Shown: positions 1 to 9,379 of the stretch, one piece after another | Numbering within the stretch: position 1 is the first letter of the stretch | Layout of the letters: every line of letters starts with the position of its first letter | NCBI GenBank assembly: GCA_035546095.1 | Contig: DASZXB010000047.1 | Location: 26,905 to 90,904 of the forward strand | Source of the DNA: Verrucomicrobiia bacterium | Lineage (GTDB): Bacteria > Verrucomicrobiota > Verrucomicrobiia > Limisphaerales > UBA11358 | Direction: 5' to 3' | DNA length: 64,000 nucleotides | Position numbers and translations under genes: made by a program | The notes under the pieces: model-generated | Database searches by the model: none | Seen by the model: only the letters and a program-made list of their open reading frames with translations | Told to the model about the DNA's origin: nothing

Positions 1-45
1 AGCAACATTGACCACGTTTCAGAATTTAATGTTGCGCTCATAACA

Positions 46-684
46 TTATTTCTCCGGCACGAGCGGCGTGAACTGGCGCAATTCCGGGTCATAGGCGAAC
101 AATTCCGCCGTGGCGATTTTGAAAAACCAGCCGTGCAAGGTCAGCGTGCCGTCCGCCAGCCGGTTCTGCACGCAAGGATAGCTGTGCAGATTATCAAGGC
201 TGAACAAAACATTTTCCTCGGCGGCGGCGTTTTCGCGCGCGCGGATTTCGGTCAAATGCGCGTAATCTTTTTTCATCGTTTCCAAAACGGGCGACGCGAG
301 TTTCAGCCAGTCGCGCAAATGCGGCGTGGAATTTTCAATTTTCATTTCGCCGAGCATCGCAGCAATCGCGCCGCATTGCGAATGGCCGCAAATCACGATG
401 TCGCTTACGCGCAGATTTTCGACGGCGAATTCAATCGCGGCGGCGGTGGAATTGGTGTCGCCGCGCGCGCTGGCGGGCGGGACGATGTTGCCGATGTTTT
501 TGACGACGAACAAATCGCCGGGTTTGCTTTGCGTGATGAGTTCGGCCAGCACGCGCGAATCCGAGCAGGTGATGAATAGCGTATGCGGATTTTGTCCTTC
601 CTGCGACAATTTGCGAAAAAGTTTCCGGTAATTCCCGAACTCGTCGTTGCGGAATTTGTGGACGCCGGCGATAAGTTGTTGCAT
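46..684 (-). CDS. beta-class carbonic anhydrase
   Basis: ORF 46..723 trimmed to the ATG at 684 (MQQLIAG...). Beta-CA zinc-ligand motifs CSDSR and HSQCGA are present. Confidence 0.85.
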   Translation of the reverse strand: MQQLIAGVHKFRNDEFGNYRKLFRKLSQEGQNPHTLFITCSDSRVLAELITQSKPGDLFVVKNIGNIVPPASARGDTNSTAAAIEFAVENLRVSDIVICGHSQCGAIAAMLGEMKIENSTPHLRDWLKLASPVLETMKKDYAHLTEIRARENAAAEENVLFSLDNLHSYPCVQNRLADGTLTLHGWFFKIATAELFAYDPELRQFTPLVPEK

Positions 685-695
685 GGAGCAAAAAT

Positions 696-780
696 TTAAC
701 CACAGATGGACACAGATGAACACAGATAAGTCGAATTGGGCAATCTGTGTTTCATATTTATCGGTATTTATCCGTGGTTG
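696..780. repeat. CACAGA-family imperfect hairpin repeat, intergenic between purE and the CA gene
   Basis: ttaaccacagatggacacagatgaacacagata faces tatcggtatttatccgtggtt as an imperfect inverted repeat. The same motif family occurs at 2979, 19545 and 58591. Confidence 0.7.
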
Positions 781-785
781 AAAAA

Positions 786-1283
786 TTACTGAGCTAAAGT
801 TTTATTTTTCGCGCGCGATTCTTCCGTCAATTTAACTTTGAATTTTTTCAATTCTTCCTGCAATCGCGCGTCGCCGACGGCGATGATTTGCGCGGCCAAA
901 ATTCCCGCGTTGCGTCCGCCACCGACGGCAACGGTGGCGACGGGAACGCCGGGAGGCATTTGCACGATGGAAAGCAGCGAATCAAAACCGTCAAATGATT
1001 TTCCCAAAATCGGCACGCCGATCACGGGCAACGTCGTGAACGCCGCCGTGACGCCGGGCAAATGCGCCGCGCCGCCTGCGCCGCAAATCAAAACTTTGAG
1101 GCCGCGTTGGATTGCGCTGGAAACGTATTCTTCGAGTCCGCGCGGATCGCGATGGGCGGAAATGACTTTGGCTTCGCTGGCGATGCCGAATTCGGCCAGC
1201 GCGTCAGCGGCCAGTTTCATTGTCGGCCAATCCGAATCGCTGCCCATCAAAATACCGACGAGTGGAGATTTTGAATTACTCAT
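786..1283 (-). CDS. purE: N5-carboxyaminoimidazole ribonucleotide mutase
   Basis: MSNSKSPLVGILMGSDSDW... and GAGGAAHLPG motifs. ATG at 1283 checked in the sequence. Confidence 0.9.
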   Translation of the reverse strand: MSNSKSPLVGILMGSDSDWPTMKLAADALAEFGIASEAKVISAHRDPRGLEEYVSSAIQRGLKVLICGAGGAAHLPGVTAAFTTLPVIGVPILGKSFDGFDSLLSIVQMPPGVPVATVAVGGGRNAGILAAQIIAVGDARLQEELKKFKVKLTEESRAKNKTLAQ

Positions 1284-1366
1284 GCACGGAAATTGAGCAA
1301 AGAAATTTAATCTTTGGCAAGAATTGAATTCGCACAAATCCGCGAAATTCGCGTAAAAAATTCACA

Positions 1367-2308
1367 TCATTGGATTGGTCCGCCGGCCAAATCCAAAACG
1401 TTTTGCCACTCCGTCATGCCTTCGCTCCAATAAAGCGCGTCTTTGCTCACCGAGCCGAGCGAAAGCATGGATTGGATTTGTGAAAGCGTGAACGGCCCGG
1501 ATTGCGCGCCGCCTTCGTAGAGATAAATTGTCGGTGTTTCGCTGGTGACGACTTCCGCTCGTCGGGGATACATTTTCATCACGTTGGCAACGGAGGTGAT
1601 TTCTTCCGAATCTTTTGGCGCGCGATTGCGTTCCAACATTTTGCAAAGACCAATCATTCCCAATCCGGCGAGAAATCCGCCAACATGCGCGCCAAATGCG
1701 ACGCCACCGCCATGAGAATGATGTTCGGTCATCGCCAAAATCGCCCAGAACAAATCTTTCAAAAACCAAAACGAAACGGCAATCCACGCCGGGATTTCAA
1801 ATTCGCCCGCGCGGACAAAAATGAAAAACCAGAAGAAATACTTAAACTCGATGTCCGCTCCGGCTCGCAACAGCAAATACATTCCCATGCACGAACTGAT
1901 TGCGCCCGAAGCGCCGCCCATCGGAATCGTTGAGGCAAAATGTTCGGGACTCATTGCGATATAAACAAATTCAGCGACAAGTCCGCCGATGAGATAAAAA
2001 AGGAGAAACCGCCAGCGTCCAATCAGGTCTTCCACGCAACAACCAAACAGAAATAGAAAAATCATGTTGCCGAACAGATGAAAAAATCCGCCGTGAACAA
2101 ACATCGAAGTCAGATACGTCCACAAATACGATTGCGCCGGAATTAGCCAAAGATGCTCAAAAATCCATTTATCCGATTCGCCTTGCGTGCCAAAAAAGTA
2201 AAACAGCGAAATCAGATAAACCAAAGTATTAACACCGATGAGCGAAAACGTGACAATCGGAAGCCGTTCAGTCCGATAATTCATTCCGACTGGCAGAACG
2301 ATGAACAT
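1367..2308 (-). CDS. rhomboid-family intramembrane serine protease with a C-terminal GYF_2-like domain
   Basis: Multi-TM protein with HGGFFHLFGNM and GASGAISS (GxSG) rhomboid motifs. The C-terminal tail GPFTLSQIQSML...YWSEGMTEWQ is GYF-like. Confidence 0.8.
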   Translation of the reverse strand: MFIVLPVGMNYRTERLPIVTFSLIGVNTLVYLISLFYFFGTQGESDKWIFEHLWLIPAQSYLWTYLTSMFVHGGFFHLFGNMIFLFLFGCCVEDLIGRWRFLLFYLIGGLVAEFVYIAMSPEHFASTIPMGGASGAISSCMGMYLLLRAGADIEFKYFFWFFIFVRAGEFEIPAWIAVSFWFLKDLFWAILAMTEHHSHGGGVAFGAHVGGFLAGLGMIGLCKMLERNRAPKDSEEITSVANVMKMYPRRAEVVTSETPTIYLYEGGAQSGPFTLSQIQSMLSLGSVSKDALYWSEGMTEWQNVLDLAGGPIQ

Positions 2309-2387
2309 AGGTTGCTTTCGCGAGTTGAATCAATTCAGTTAAAATTCGCTTCCGAGTCAACCAAATTGTCGCCAAAATAATTCGCCC

Positions 2388-2993
2388 ATGACGACCGCGA
2401 ACAAAGTCACGATTCTGCGAATCCTGTTGATTCCCTTCTTCGTCGTCGAAACGATTTATTATGTCCGCATCGGAAATGAAACTCACCGGCTGTTTGCCAT
2501 TTTATGTTTCGGCGTCGCCGCGATTTGCGACGGCGTGGACGGTTACATCGCGCGCCGTTACAATCAAATCAGCGAGCTTGGAAAAATTCTCGACCCGCTC
2601 GCGGACAAATTACTGCTCGTTTCCGCCATCGTGCTGTTGAGTTTCGACAATGCGCCCTATCTCCGGCAAATTCCGCTCTGGCTCACCGGCACAATCATCG
2701 GACGCGATTTACTGTTGGGCATCGGCGCGGTGGTGATTCATTTCGTCGTCGGCAAAATCACCGTGCGCCCGCGATTTTTGGGAAAGTGCGCGACGGTTCT
2801 GCAAATGCTCGTCGTGACTTGGATTTTGCTGAAATGGGATTTGCACGTCGGCGTCTTGAAAGTTTGGATTTACGGCGCGGGCGTTCTCACCGGCATCTCC
2901 GGCTTGTTATATATTTTCGACGGAATGAGGCAATTGAGTTCGCACCCGGCAAGTTCAGCAACAAATTCCAAAACCGCGGATGGACATGAATGA
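2388..2993 (+). CDS. CDP-alcohol phosphatidyltransferase (PgsA-like)
   Basis: DGVDGYIARRYNQISELGKILDPLADK matches the D-G-x2-A-R...G-x3-D-x3-D signature. Multi-TM protein. Confidence 0.85.
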   Translation: MTTANKVTILRILLIPFFVVETIYYVRIGNETHRLFAILCFGVAAICDGVDGYIARRYNQISELGKILDPLADKLLLVSAIVLLSFDNAPYLRQIPLWLTGTIIGRDLLLGIGAVVIHFVVGKITVRPRFLGKCATVLQMLVVTWILLKWDLHVGVLKVWIYGAGVLTGISGLLYIFDGMRQLSSHPASSATNSKTADGHE

Positions 2994-3114
2994 ACACGGA
3001 TTCCTAAACGCAAAGACAAATTATTTTCCACCTGCGTTCATCAGGCAAATCGGCGATTAAAAAATGTTTTCATCCGTGTTTATCTGTGTTCATCTGTGTT
3101 CATCTGTGGTTAAG
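2979..3114. repeat. CACAGA-family hairpin repeat
   Basis: gatggacatgaatgaacacggat faces catccgtgtttatctgtgttcatctgtgttcatctgtggttaag. The left arm supplies the last codons of the upstream CDS. Confidence 0.65.
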
Positions 3115-3119
3115 AATTT

Positions 3120-3593
3120 ATGGCAAAGGAAATTCAACTTAAACTGAAGGAAGGCAACAAAGCGCCGACATTTTCGGCGAACACAAACGGCGGCGGAAAA
3201 ATTTCGCTCGCGGATTTCAAGGGCAAAAATGTCATTTTATATTTTTATCCGAAAGACGACACGCCCGGCTGCACCAAAGAAGCCTGCGCATTTCGCGACC
3301 ATTTTTCTGAATTCAAAAAGCGCGGCGCGGTCGTTCTCGGCGTCAGTCCCGATTCCGTGAAAAAACACGACAAATTTGTGGAGAAATTCAAATTGCCGTT
3401 CACGCTGCTCGCGGACGAGGACAAAAAGATCGCGAATGACTACGGCGTTTGGGGCGAAAAAACATTCATGGGACGCAAATACATGGGCGTTTATCGCGTG
3501 ACATTTTTAATTGGTGGCGACGGACGAATCAAAAAAATTTGGCCAAACGTGAAACCGGACGAACACGCGGAAGAAGTTTTAGCCGCGCTGTGA
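3120..3593 (+). CDS. bcp: thiol peroxidase / bacterioferritin comigratory protein (peroxiredoxin Q type)
   Basis: FYPKDDTPGCTKEAC peroxidatic-Cys motif in a 157-aa protein. Confidence 0.85.
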   Translation: MAKEIQLKLKEGNKAPTFSANTNGGGKISLADFKGKNVILYFYPKDDTPGCTKEACAFRDHFSEFKKRGAVVLGVSPDSVKKHDKFVEKFKLPFTLLADEDKKIANDYGVWGEKTFMGRKYMGVYRVTFLIGGDGRIKKIWPNVKPDEHAEEVLAAL

Positions 3594-3613
3594 GTTCGAC
3601 AATGATGTAAATC

Positions 3614-3692
3614 GGTGGGGCGAGCGTCCGCGCGAGCCGCGAACATTTTAAGACCCAGCCAAGTTTGGCTCGTGAGGACACTCGCCCCACCG
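3614..3692. repeat. GGTGGGGCGAGCGTCC-family long imperfect hairpin
   Basis: ggtggggcgagcgtccgcgcgagcc...ggctcgtgaggacactcgccccacc. A half copy lies at 20053. Confidence 0.7.
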
Positions 3693-3731
3693 GCTAAATC
3701 AATTCATGCGTTGCCAAAAATTTTCAGAACT

Positions 3732-4451
3732 TCAACTCGCTGCGTTTTCAAATCTGCCCGTCCGCAAAAATTGAATCGTTTGCCGAATCGCTTCGCGATT
3801 ATTCATAATCAACGGATGCGCCGCATGAATCACAATGTGGTCGCTCATGCCCGCGAGTTTCGTCCGCTTGATGGAAACTTTTCCATCGTCGCGTCCGGGA
3901 ATCAGAAATAAACTGTTAATCCAATTGATGGAACGGTCGCCGGCGATGATGCCGACGGGAAAATCCGCCGCGCTCAATCGGTTCGGAACGGAATTTGTGT
4001 CCGTGCCCAATTCATTTCCCGCCGGGCCGTTAATCCATTTGAACAAAAACAGCCAGCCGAGTTTGTCCACGATTTCACTGCCTTGATTCGGCGGCGCGAG
4101 CATCACCACACGACCGAGCGCGGGGATTTTGTTTCGCGCGAGATAGCTGCGAACCAAAATGCCACCGAGCGAGTGCGTGACGAAATTGATTTTCGCCGCG
4201 CCGTTTGTCCGACAATTTGCGACCGCCTTGCCAATCGCGTCGTCGGCCAGTTTTTCGATTTTCGCGGTGCGCGAGGGATAATTGATATTTTGGACGTTGT
4301 AACCGGCGTCGGTCAGCGCGCGTTCCATTTTCGCCATCGAACGGCTCGTGCGGCAAAGGCCGTGCAGCAAAATCACTTCCTCGTTTTGCGCGAGCGCGGT
4401 TGCAGAAATTGCGACAGCCATTAAAATTAAAATTGTCCGAAACATTGACAA
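3732..4451 (-). CDS. secreted alpha/beta-fold hydrolase (esterase/lipase-like)
   Basis: N-terminal signal peptide, an HGL oxyanion region and a THSLGG nucleophile elbow. Confidence 0.7.
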   Translation of the reverse strand: MSMFRTILILMAVAISATALAQNEEVILLHGLCRTSRSMAKMERALTDAGYNVQNINYPSRTAKIEKLADDAIGKAVANCRTNGAAKINFVTHSLGGILVRSYLARNKIPALGRVVMLAPPNQGSEIVDKLGWLFLFKWINGPAGNELGTDTNSVPNRLSAADFPVGIIAGDRSINWINSLFLIPGRDDGKVSIKRTKLAGMSDHIVIHAAHPLIMNNREAIRQTIQFLRTGRFENAAS

Positions 4452-4526
4452 ACGCGAAATGAAATTTCAGTATTTTGACGAAGTTTGAAAAATCGTAAAT
4501 CGAAAATCACAAATTAAAATAAAGTT

Positions 4527-5003
4527 ATGGCAATTCCCGTTGGCTCCAAAGCTCCTGATTTCACGCTCAAATCCAAATCGCCCGCCGACGCGGACGTGAA
4601 GTTGAGCAACAACTTCGGCAAGAAAAATACCGTGCTGCTGTTCTTTCCAGCGGCGTTCACCGGCGTTTGCACGCAGGAAATGTGCAGCATCAGCGGCGGT
4701 TTGAATGATTATTCCAATCTCGGCGCGGACGTCATCGCCATCAGTGTGGACACGCCGTTCGCACAGGCCGCGTGGGCGAAACAGGAAAAAATCTCCATCA
4801 CGCTCGCCAGCGATTTGAACAAGGAAGTCACTAAAAAATACGATGTGCTGTTCCCGATGCTTGCAGGCGTGGGCGACACTTCGGCGCGCGCGGCGTTCGT
4901 GATTGATAAAAACGGCGTCGTGCAATACAGCGAACAAACGCCGACACCGAAGGATTTGCCGAATTTTGAGGCGGTCAAAGCAACGCTGGCGAAGTTGAAA
5001 TAA
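4527..5003 (+). CDS. peroxiredoxin (AhpC/TSA-redoxin family)
   Basis: FFPAAFTGVCTQEMC motif in a 158-aa protein. Confidence 0.8.
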   Translation: MAIPVGSKAPDFTLKSKSPADADVKLSNNFGKKNTVLLFFPAAFTGVCTQEMCSISGGLNDYSNLGADVIAISVDTPFAQAAWAKQEKISITLASDLNKEVTKKYDVLFPMLAGVGDTSARAAFVIDKNGVVQYSEQTPTPKDLPNFEAVKATLAKLK

Positions 5004-5041
5004 CGGCAAGTTGCCGCTCCCAATTCGACAATAAATTTTCA

Positions 5042-5073
5042 AGGCGCGTGAACAACGCGCCTTTTTTGTTTTT
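5042..5073 (+). terminator. rho-independent terminator after the peroxiredoxin gene
   Basis: aggcgcg-tgaacaa-cgcgcct stem-loop followed by a tttttgttttt run. Confidence 0.8.
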
Positions 5074-5168
5074 GACGCGAATTTTACGAATTGGCGCGGA
5101 TTGAATTTGTGAAAATTTGTGTAATTCGTGTCTTTTTTAGGTTTCTGCGAATAACAAGTCCTTTCATC

Positions 5169-5217
5169 TACAATTGTAAAGATTCTGCTTGACATTAAAT
5201 TTACATTTGTAGAGAAT
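5169..5217 (+). promoter_or_regulatory. putative promoter with two TACAnnTGTA dyads (BlaI/MecI-type operators)
   Basis: TTGACA at 5189-5194, a 17-nt spacer and GAGAAT at 5212-5217. Dyads tacaattgta (5169-5178) and tacatttgta (5202-5211) lie just upstream of blaI-like. Confidence 0.55.
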
Positions 5218-5223
5218 CGTGCC

Positions 5224-5613
5224 ATGCCCAAGTCTGATATTGAACTCACCGAAGCCGAATGGTCGGTCATCAAAGCCGTTTGGGAAAACGAACCCTGCAC
5301 CGCGCCCGCAATTCAAGAAAAATTATTCAAGCCGACCGGCTGGACGTATTCCACCGTCCGCACGCTGATGGATCGTATGGTGGCCAAAGGTGTTTTGAAG
5401 GCCCAAAAGCAGGGCAAGCTGACGATTTATCAATCCGCCGTCACCCGCGCGCAGGCGCAGCGCGGCGAACTGTTTTACGCATTGAAACACGCTTTCAACG
5501 GCGCGTTGACGCCGATGGTGCAATGCCTTTTGGAAAATCATGAGATGGACGCGGACGAATTGGCAAAAATTGAAGCGCTCATCAAAGCGCGGAAAAAATC
5601 GGCGAAAAAATAA
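5224..5613 (+). CDS. BlaI/MecI/CopY-family winged-helix repressor
   Basis: 129-aa protein with EAEWSVIKAVWE...WTYSTVRTLMDRMVAKGVL. Lies immediately upstream of an M56 protein. Confidence 0.85.
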   Translation: MPKSDIELTEAEWSVIKAVWENEPCTAPAIQEKLFKPTGWTYSTVRTLMDRMVAKGVLKAQKQGKLTIYQSAVTRAQAQRGELFYALKHAFNGALTPMVQCLLENHEMDADELAKIEALIKARKKSAKK

Positions 5614-5639
5614 TCGGAACATCAAATTGAAAGGCGTGC

Positions 5640-8600
5640 ATGAACTCATTCATCGAAACCTTAAATCATTGGGGTGATAACTTTCTGGATTTTGCCGGAA
5701 CGATGCTTTGGCAATCCAGTTTGTTCATTGTCATTTTGTTCGCTCTGGATTTTTTGTTGCGGCGCAAAATCCGCGCTTCCATCCGTTACACGCTTTGGCT
5801 GGTTTTGTTGTTGAAATTGATTTTGCCACCGACGCTGGCGTTGCCGACAAGTCCGGTTTGGTGGTTGTATAAAACTCCGGCGGCAATCCAATCTAAACCG
5901 CAATTTCAAAATTTCACCATCACTTACGATTCACAATCATTGCCAGCAATTCCAGAAAATCTACCGACATTCACGCCGCCGAAACCGAAATTGAACATTT
6001 CCGCGTGGCTGTTGTTGATTTCCCTTTTTGTCAGCGCGGCGTTGTTGCTTTGGCTGCTGGCGCGTTGGTGGCAAGTCGCGCGGCAGGCGCGGCGCGCAGA
6101 AATTTCCGAACACTTGACGATTTTGGCAAAGGAAGTCCGGCAATTCGCCGGAATAAAATTGAATCCGGCGGTAAAATTGGCGGCGAACACCATGTCACCC
6201 GCCGTTTGCGGTTTGTTTCGTCCGGTGATCTTGATTCCGCAATCGCTCGCGGAAAACTTTTCGGACGAACAATTGCGCGCGGTGCTGTTGCATGAATTGA
6301 TTCATTTGCGGCGGCGCGACGTGTGGGTGAATTTTTTGCAATCGTTGTTGCAAATTGTTTATTGGTGGCAACCGTTGGTGTGGCTGGCGAACGCGCGCAT
6401 CCGGCGCGTGCGCGAGGAAGCGGTGGATGACGCGGTGATGCGCGCGCTCGACGCGGACGCGGACATTTACGCGCCGACGCTGCTCGAAGTGGCGAAGTTT
6501 GCGTTTCGCCGTCCGCTGGCGAGTCTTGGGCTGGTAGGCATTTTGGAATCGCGCAGCGCGTTGCGTCAACGGATTGAGCGACTGGTCAATTTCCGCACGC
6601 CGAAAAAAGCCGGGTTGACGCTGGTTTCCCTTTTGGGAATTTTGGCGTTCACCGCCGTCGCCGTGCCGATGGGCGAAGCGCCGGATTCCTCGTCCAACCG
6701 ATTTTCCGGCGGCGCGACGTTGCCCGAAGAAACGCTGACTTTGAAAGTGGACCCGGCGGTGTTCATCCGAAATGTGAAAGCGCAGGCAAATTGGAGAATG
6801 GATTCACCAACGGATGATTGGACGAAAATTCTTTTGGACATTTTGCGAAGTGAAACGGTGGATTGCCCTCACGGCATCAAGTTCAACCATCAAACCGGCG
6901 AAATCACGATGCGAAACACGCCGGAACAATTGGAAATTTTTCGTCAAGTCATCGGGCAGTTAAATCGGGCGGATGGCAAATACGAATTGTCAAAATTTTT
7001 CACAATCCATCGAAAAAATGTTTTGGTTGATGCGCGCTTTTTTTGGATGAGTTCAGACGATCGTGAAAAACTGGTTGCGGATTTGCAGTCTGAACGCGGA
7101 AAAAATGAGCGCGCTCCGCATTGGATTATTTCGCCGGAGCAATTTGACGAAATCAATCAGCGCATCGCGTCGTTGAATTTGCATCCGTTTCAAAGGCCGC
7201 GCATTCAAACGGCTCATGGTGTTATGGGTGAACTTTATGTTCGCGACAAGACCAACGGAGTGGAATTTGATTGTGAGCCGTTTGTGGCTGATGCAGAACA
7301 CAGTGGGCTTGGACGCGATGGAATTGCCCTAGCTTTCAAAACAGAAATAGTTGGTGATCCAACCGGGCCGGAACAAAAACTTGTGGGGACTAATCATTAC
7401 CAAACTTCAGGAGAAATCGGCGTGGAAGACGGCGGTGGATTTGTGGTGAGCGCGAAAAATCCTGACGGCTCGCCAACGAATCTGGTGATTGTCGTCAACG
7501 CGGAAGTCGTTACTAATACTACACAACGATTGGCAACTGTTATTCAACGAACGGCCAATACAAATGAAATTTCAACGAATTTGTTCACGCGGCATTTTAG
7601 AGTGGACACGAACATATTCGTCTCCAATGTGCGGCAAACAACCAAATTGCCGGCAAATACTCCATTTTTGGATGTGTTCACCAATTATCTTGCGTTTGTC
7701 GGCGTAGATTTACAACCGCCGAAATCCATTTTCTACAATGACCGCTTGAGCGAATTGTATGTGAGAGGAACAATGGGCGATTTGGATAAAGTCGAAAACG
7801 TCTTAATGAAGCTGACCACTGCCGCACCGCAAATTCACATCAAGGCGCGATTTGTGGAAGCGCCAAAAGGAACTTTGAACGGCTTGAAAAAAATCGCGAC
7901 TGTTCCAAATCAAACAAATGAGTCGGCTGGATTCGTTGGGATTCTATCCGGCAAAAATTTCAAAACGACATGGCAGAATTTGCAGACGCAAGCCGGCGTT
8001 GAAGAACTGGCCGAACCGGAAGTGACGACGACCAGCGGACGGCAAACAGAAATGCGAGCCACGAAAACCATCACGATATTAACCGGCTTTGAAGTGACGA
8101 ATTCTGAAACGATGGACACAAACACAATAGCGATTACTCCCCAAACCAACATACTTGAAACCGGGCCGATATTCGATGTCGTTCCTTATGTTTTGTCTGA
8201 TAACAACACGATTTTTTTGACTGCGATTCCATCACTGACGAAATTTGGGGGATATGCTGGAGTTCCGACCAATGCGGTTCTTCAAACCGCAACCAATTCG
8301 GCTGGCGGAGTGGTGACTTTGCCCGCCGTTTGGCCGGTTTTAGAAAGAAGCCAAGAGTCGGCATCCGTCAATTTATATGATGGTCAGACGTTGGTCTTGG
8401 CCGGTTTTCAGCCGAAACAAGTTCGTTTTGGCGCGCCAGACGCCCAACGCGAGAAAGCTGTTGCCGATCATATTCGCGACGACAAAAGGAAAAATTATGC
8501 GGATGAAAAAGAGTTGATTATCTTTGTCACCGTCGTGCTCGTTGACGCGGCGGGCAATCGGATTCATTCCGACGATAAACAAAATGGAATTCCACCGGCA

Positions 8601-8726
8601 ACGACACAAATCTATGACCCGGAGAAAAATATGACGGTCATTCATAATGTCGAAAATGGCGGGTTCACATGGTATGTTTCCGGGAATCTCAATGACCTGA
8701 TGTCGTCTCAAAAACTTTCAAAGTGA
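5640..8726 (+). CDS. BlaR1/M56-family membrane metalloprotease with a long periplasmic region ending in a secretin-homology domain
   Basis: N-terminal TM helices and a HELIHLRRRD (HExxH) motif. The C-terminal roughly 270 aa (PQIHIKARFVEAP...ELAEPEVTTTSGRQTEMR...DGQTLVLAG...IIFVTVVLVD) resembles a secretin beta-domain and is homologous to 61058-61730. Confidence 0.75.
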   Translation: MNSFIETLNHWGDNFLDFAGTMLWQSSLFIVILFALDFLLRRKIRASIRYTLWLVLLLKLILPPTLALPTSPVWWLYKTPAAIQSKPQFQNFTITYDSQSLPAIPENLPTFTPPKPKLNISAWLLLISLFVSAALLLWLLARWWQVARQARRAEISEHLTILAKEVRQFAGIKLNPAVKLAANTMSPAVCGLFRPVILIPQSLAENFSDEQLRAVLLHELIHLRRRDVWVNFLQSLLQIVYWWQPLVWLANARIRRVREEAVDDAVMRALDADADIYAPTLLEVAKFAFRRPLASLGLVGILESRSALRQRIERLVNFRTPKKAGLTLVSLLGILAFTAVAVPMGEAPDSSSNRFSGGATLPEETLTLKVDPAVFIRNVKAQANWRMDSPTDDWTKILLDILRSETVDCPHGIKFNHQTGEITMRNTPEQLEIFRQVIGQLNRADGKYELSKFFTIHRKNVLVDARFFWMSSDDREKLVADLQSERGKNERAPHWIISPEQFDEINQRIASLNLHPFQRPRIQTAHGVMGELYVRDKTNGVEFDCEPFVADAEHSGLGRDGIALAFKTEIVGDPTGPEQKLVGTNHYQTSGEIGVEDGGGFVVSAKNPDGSPTNLVIVVNAEVVTNTTQRLATVIQRTANTNEISTNLFTRHFRVDTNIFVSNVRQTTKLPANTPFLDVFTNYLAFVGVDLQPPKSIFYNDRLSELYVRGTMGDLDKVENVLMKLTTAAPQIHIKARFVEAPKGTLNGLKKIATVPNQTNESAGFVGILSGKNFKTTWQNLQTQAGVEELAEPEVTTTSGRQTEMRATKTITILTGFEVTNSETMDTNTIAITPQTNILETGPIFDVVPYVLSDNNTIFLTAIPSLTKFGGYAGVPTNAVLQTATNSAGGVVTLPAVWPVLERSQESASVNLYDGQTLVLAGFQPKQVRFGAPDAQREKAVADHIRDDKRKNYADEKELIIFVTVVLVDAAGNRIHSDDKQNGIPPATTQIYDPEKNMTVIHNVENGGFTWYVSGNLNDLMSSQKLSK

Positions 8727-8854
8727 TGCAAATTGGCCGGCCACCGGATTTCACAAATTTGATTCGGGTAAAATCAATTCTCAAAAATCGGTGAAATGCG
8801 TGTCCAAGTTTTTCCGTTGCCATTTCGTCACTCCGCTTTCACCGAACCGTCATT

Positions 8855-9259
8855 GTGATTGGCGCGCGACTGGCTGATTTTAATAGCGTGTTGCGACGTA
8901 TTTTGATTGTGGACGACGAATCGGATTTGGTGGAATTAGTCAAATTCCGTCTGTCGGGTTTGGGCTGCGAATTTATCGTGGCCGGCGACGGCGTGCAGGC
9001 GTTGAGTCAGGCGCGGCAGTTCAAACCCAATCTCATCCTGCTGGATATTTTGCTGCCGGATTTGGACGGGCTTTCGGTGTGCGAAATTTTGCGCCGCCAG
9101 CCGGCCACGAAAAAAATCCCCATCATTTTCATGAGCGCACTTTCCGGCAATGTCACCCGCCGCACCGTGGCGATGCAAGCCGACGATTTTTTCACCAAGC
9201 CACTCGACCTGCCGCGGCTGGAACGGCGCATCGGGGAATTGTTGCATAGCGATTCGTGA
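8855..9259 (+). CDS. stand-alone response-regulator receiver domain protein
   Basis: RILIVDDESDL...LILLDILLPDLDG...FMSA are REC motifs. There is no output domain. GTG start. Confidence 0.75.
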   Translation: MIGARLADFNSVLRRILIVDDESDLVELVKFRLSGLGCEFIVAGDGVQALSQARQFKPNLILLDILLPDLDGLSVCEILRRQPATKKIPIIFMSALSGNVTRRTVAMQADDFFTKPLDLPRLERRIGELLHSDS

Positions 9260-9269
9260 AATAAAATTT

Positions 9270-9331
9270 GGGAGGGTTGCCGTGTCGGCGACCCCAAACC
9301 TGTTTTGGGACGGCGGCACGCCGTCCCTCCC
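9270..9331. repeat. long imperfect hairpin repeat element
   Basis: gggagggttgccgtgtcggcgaccccaaa...tttgggacggcggcacgccgtccctccc, between the REC gene and acnA. Confidence 0.6.
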
Positions 9332-9379
9332 AACTTGACACGCCCGCACTTCGCCTTCATTTTCTTGGAATCGAAGAAC

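Noticed and set aside
3615-3911. 98-aa plus-strand ORF (MGRASARAANILRPSQ...)
   Set aside because: It starts inside the 3614-3692 hairpin repeat and continues antisense to the alpha/beta hydrolase gene. It is a repeat-derived artefact.
4467-5300. 277-aa minus-strand ORF spanning the peroxiredoxin gene and its terminator
   Set aside because: It runs antisense to a well-supported peroxiredoxin CDS with clear motifs. Its composition is Arg/Phe-rich and it crosses an obvious terminator and promoter. This is a shadow ORF.
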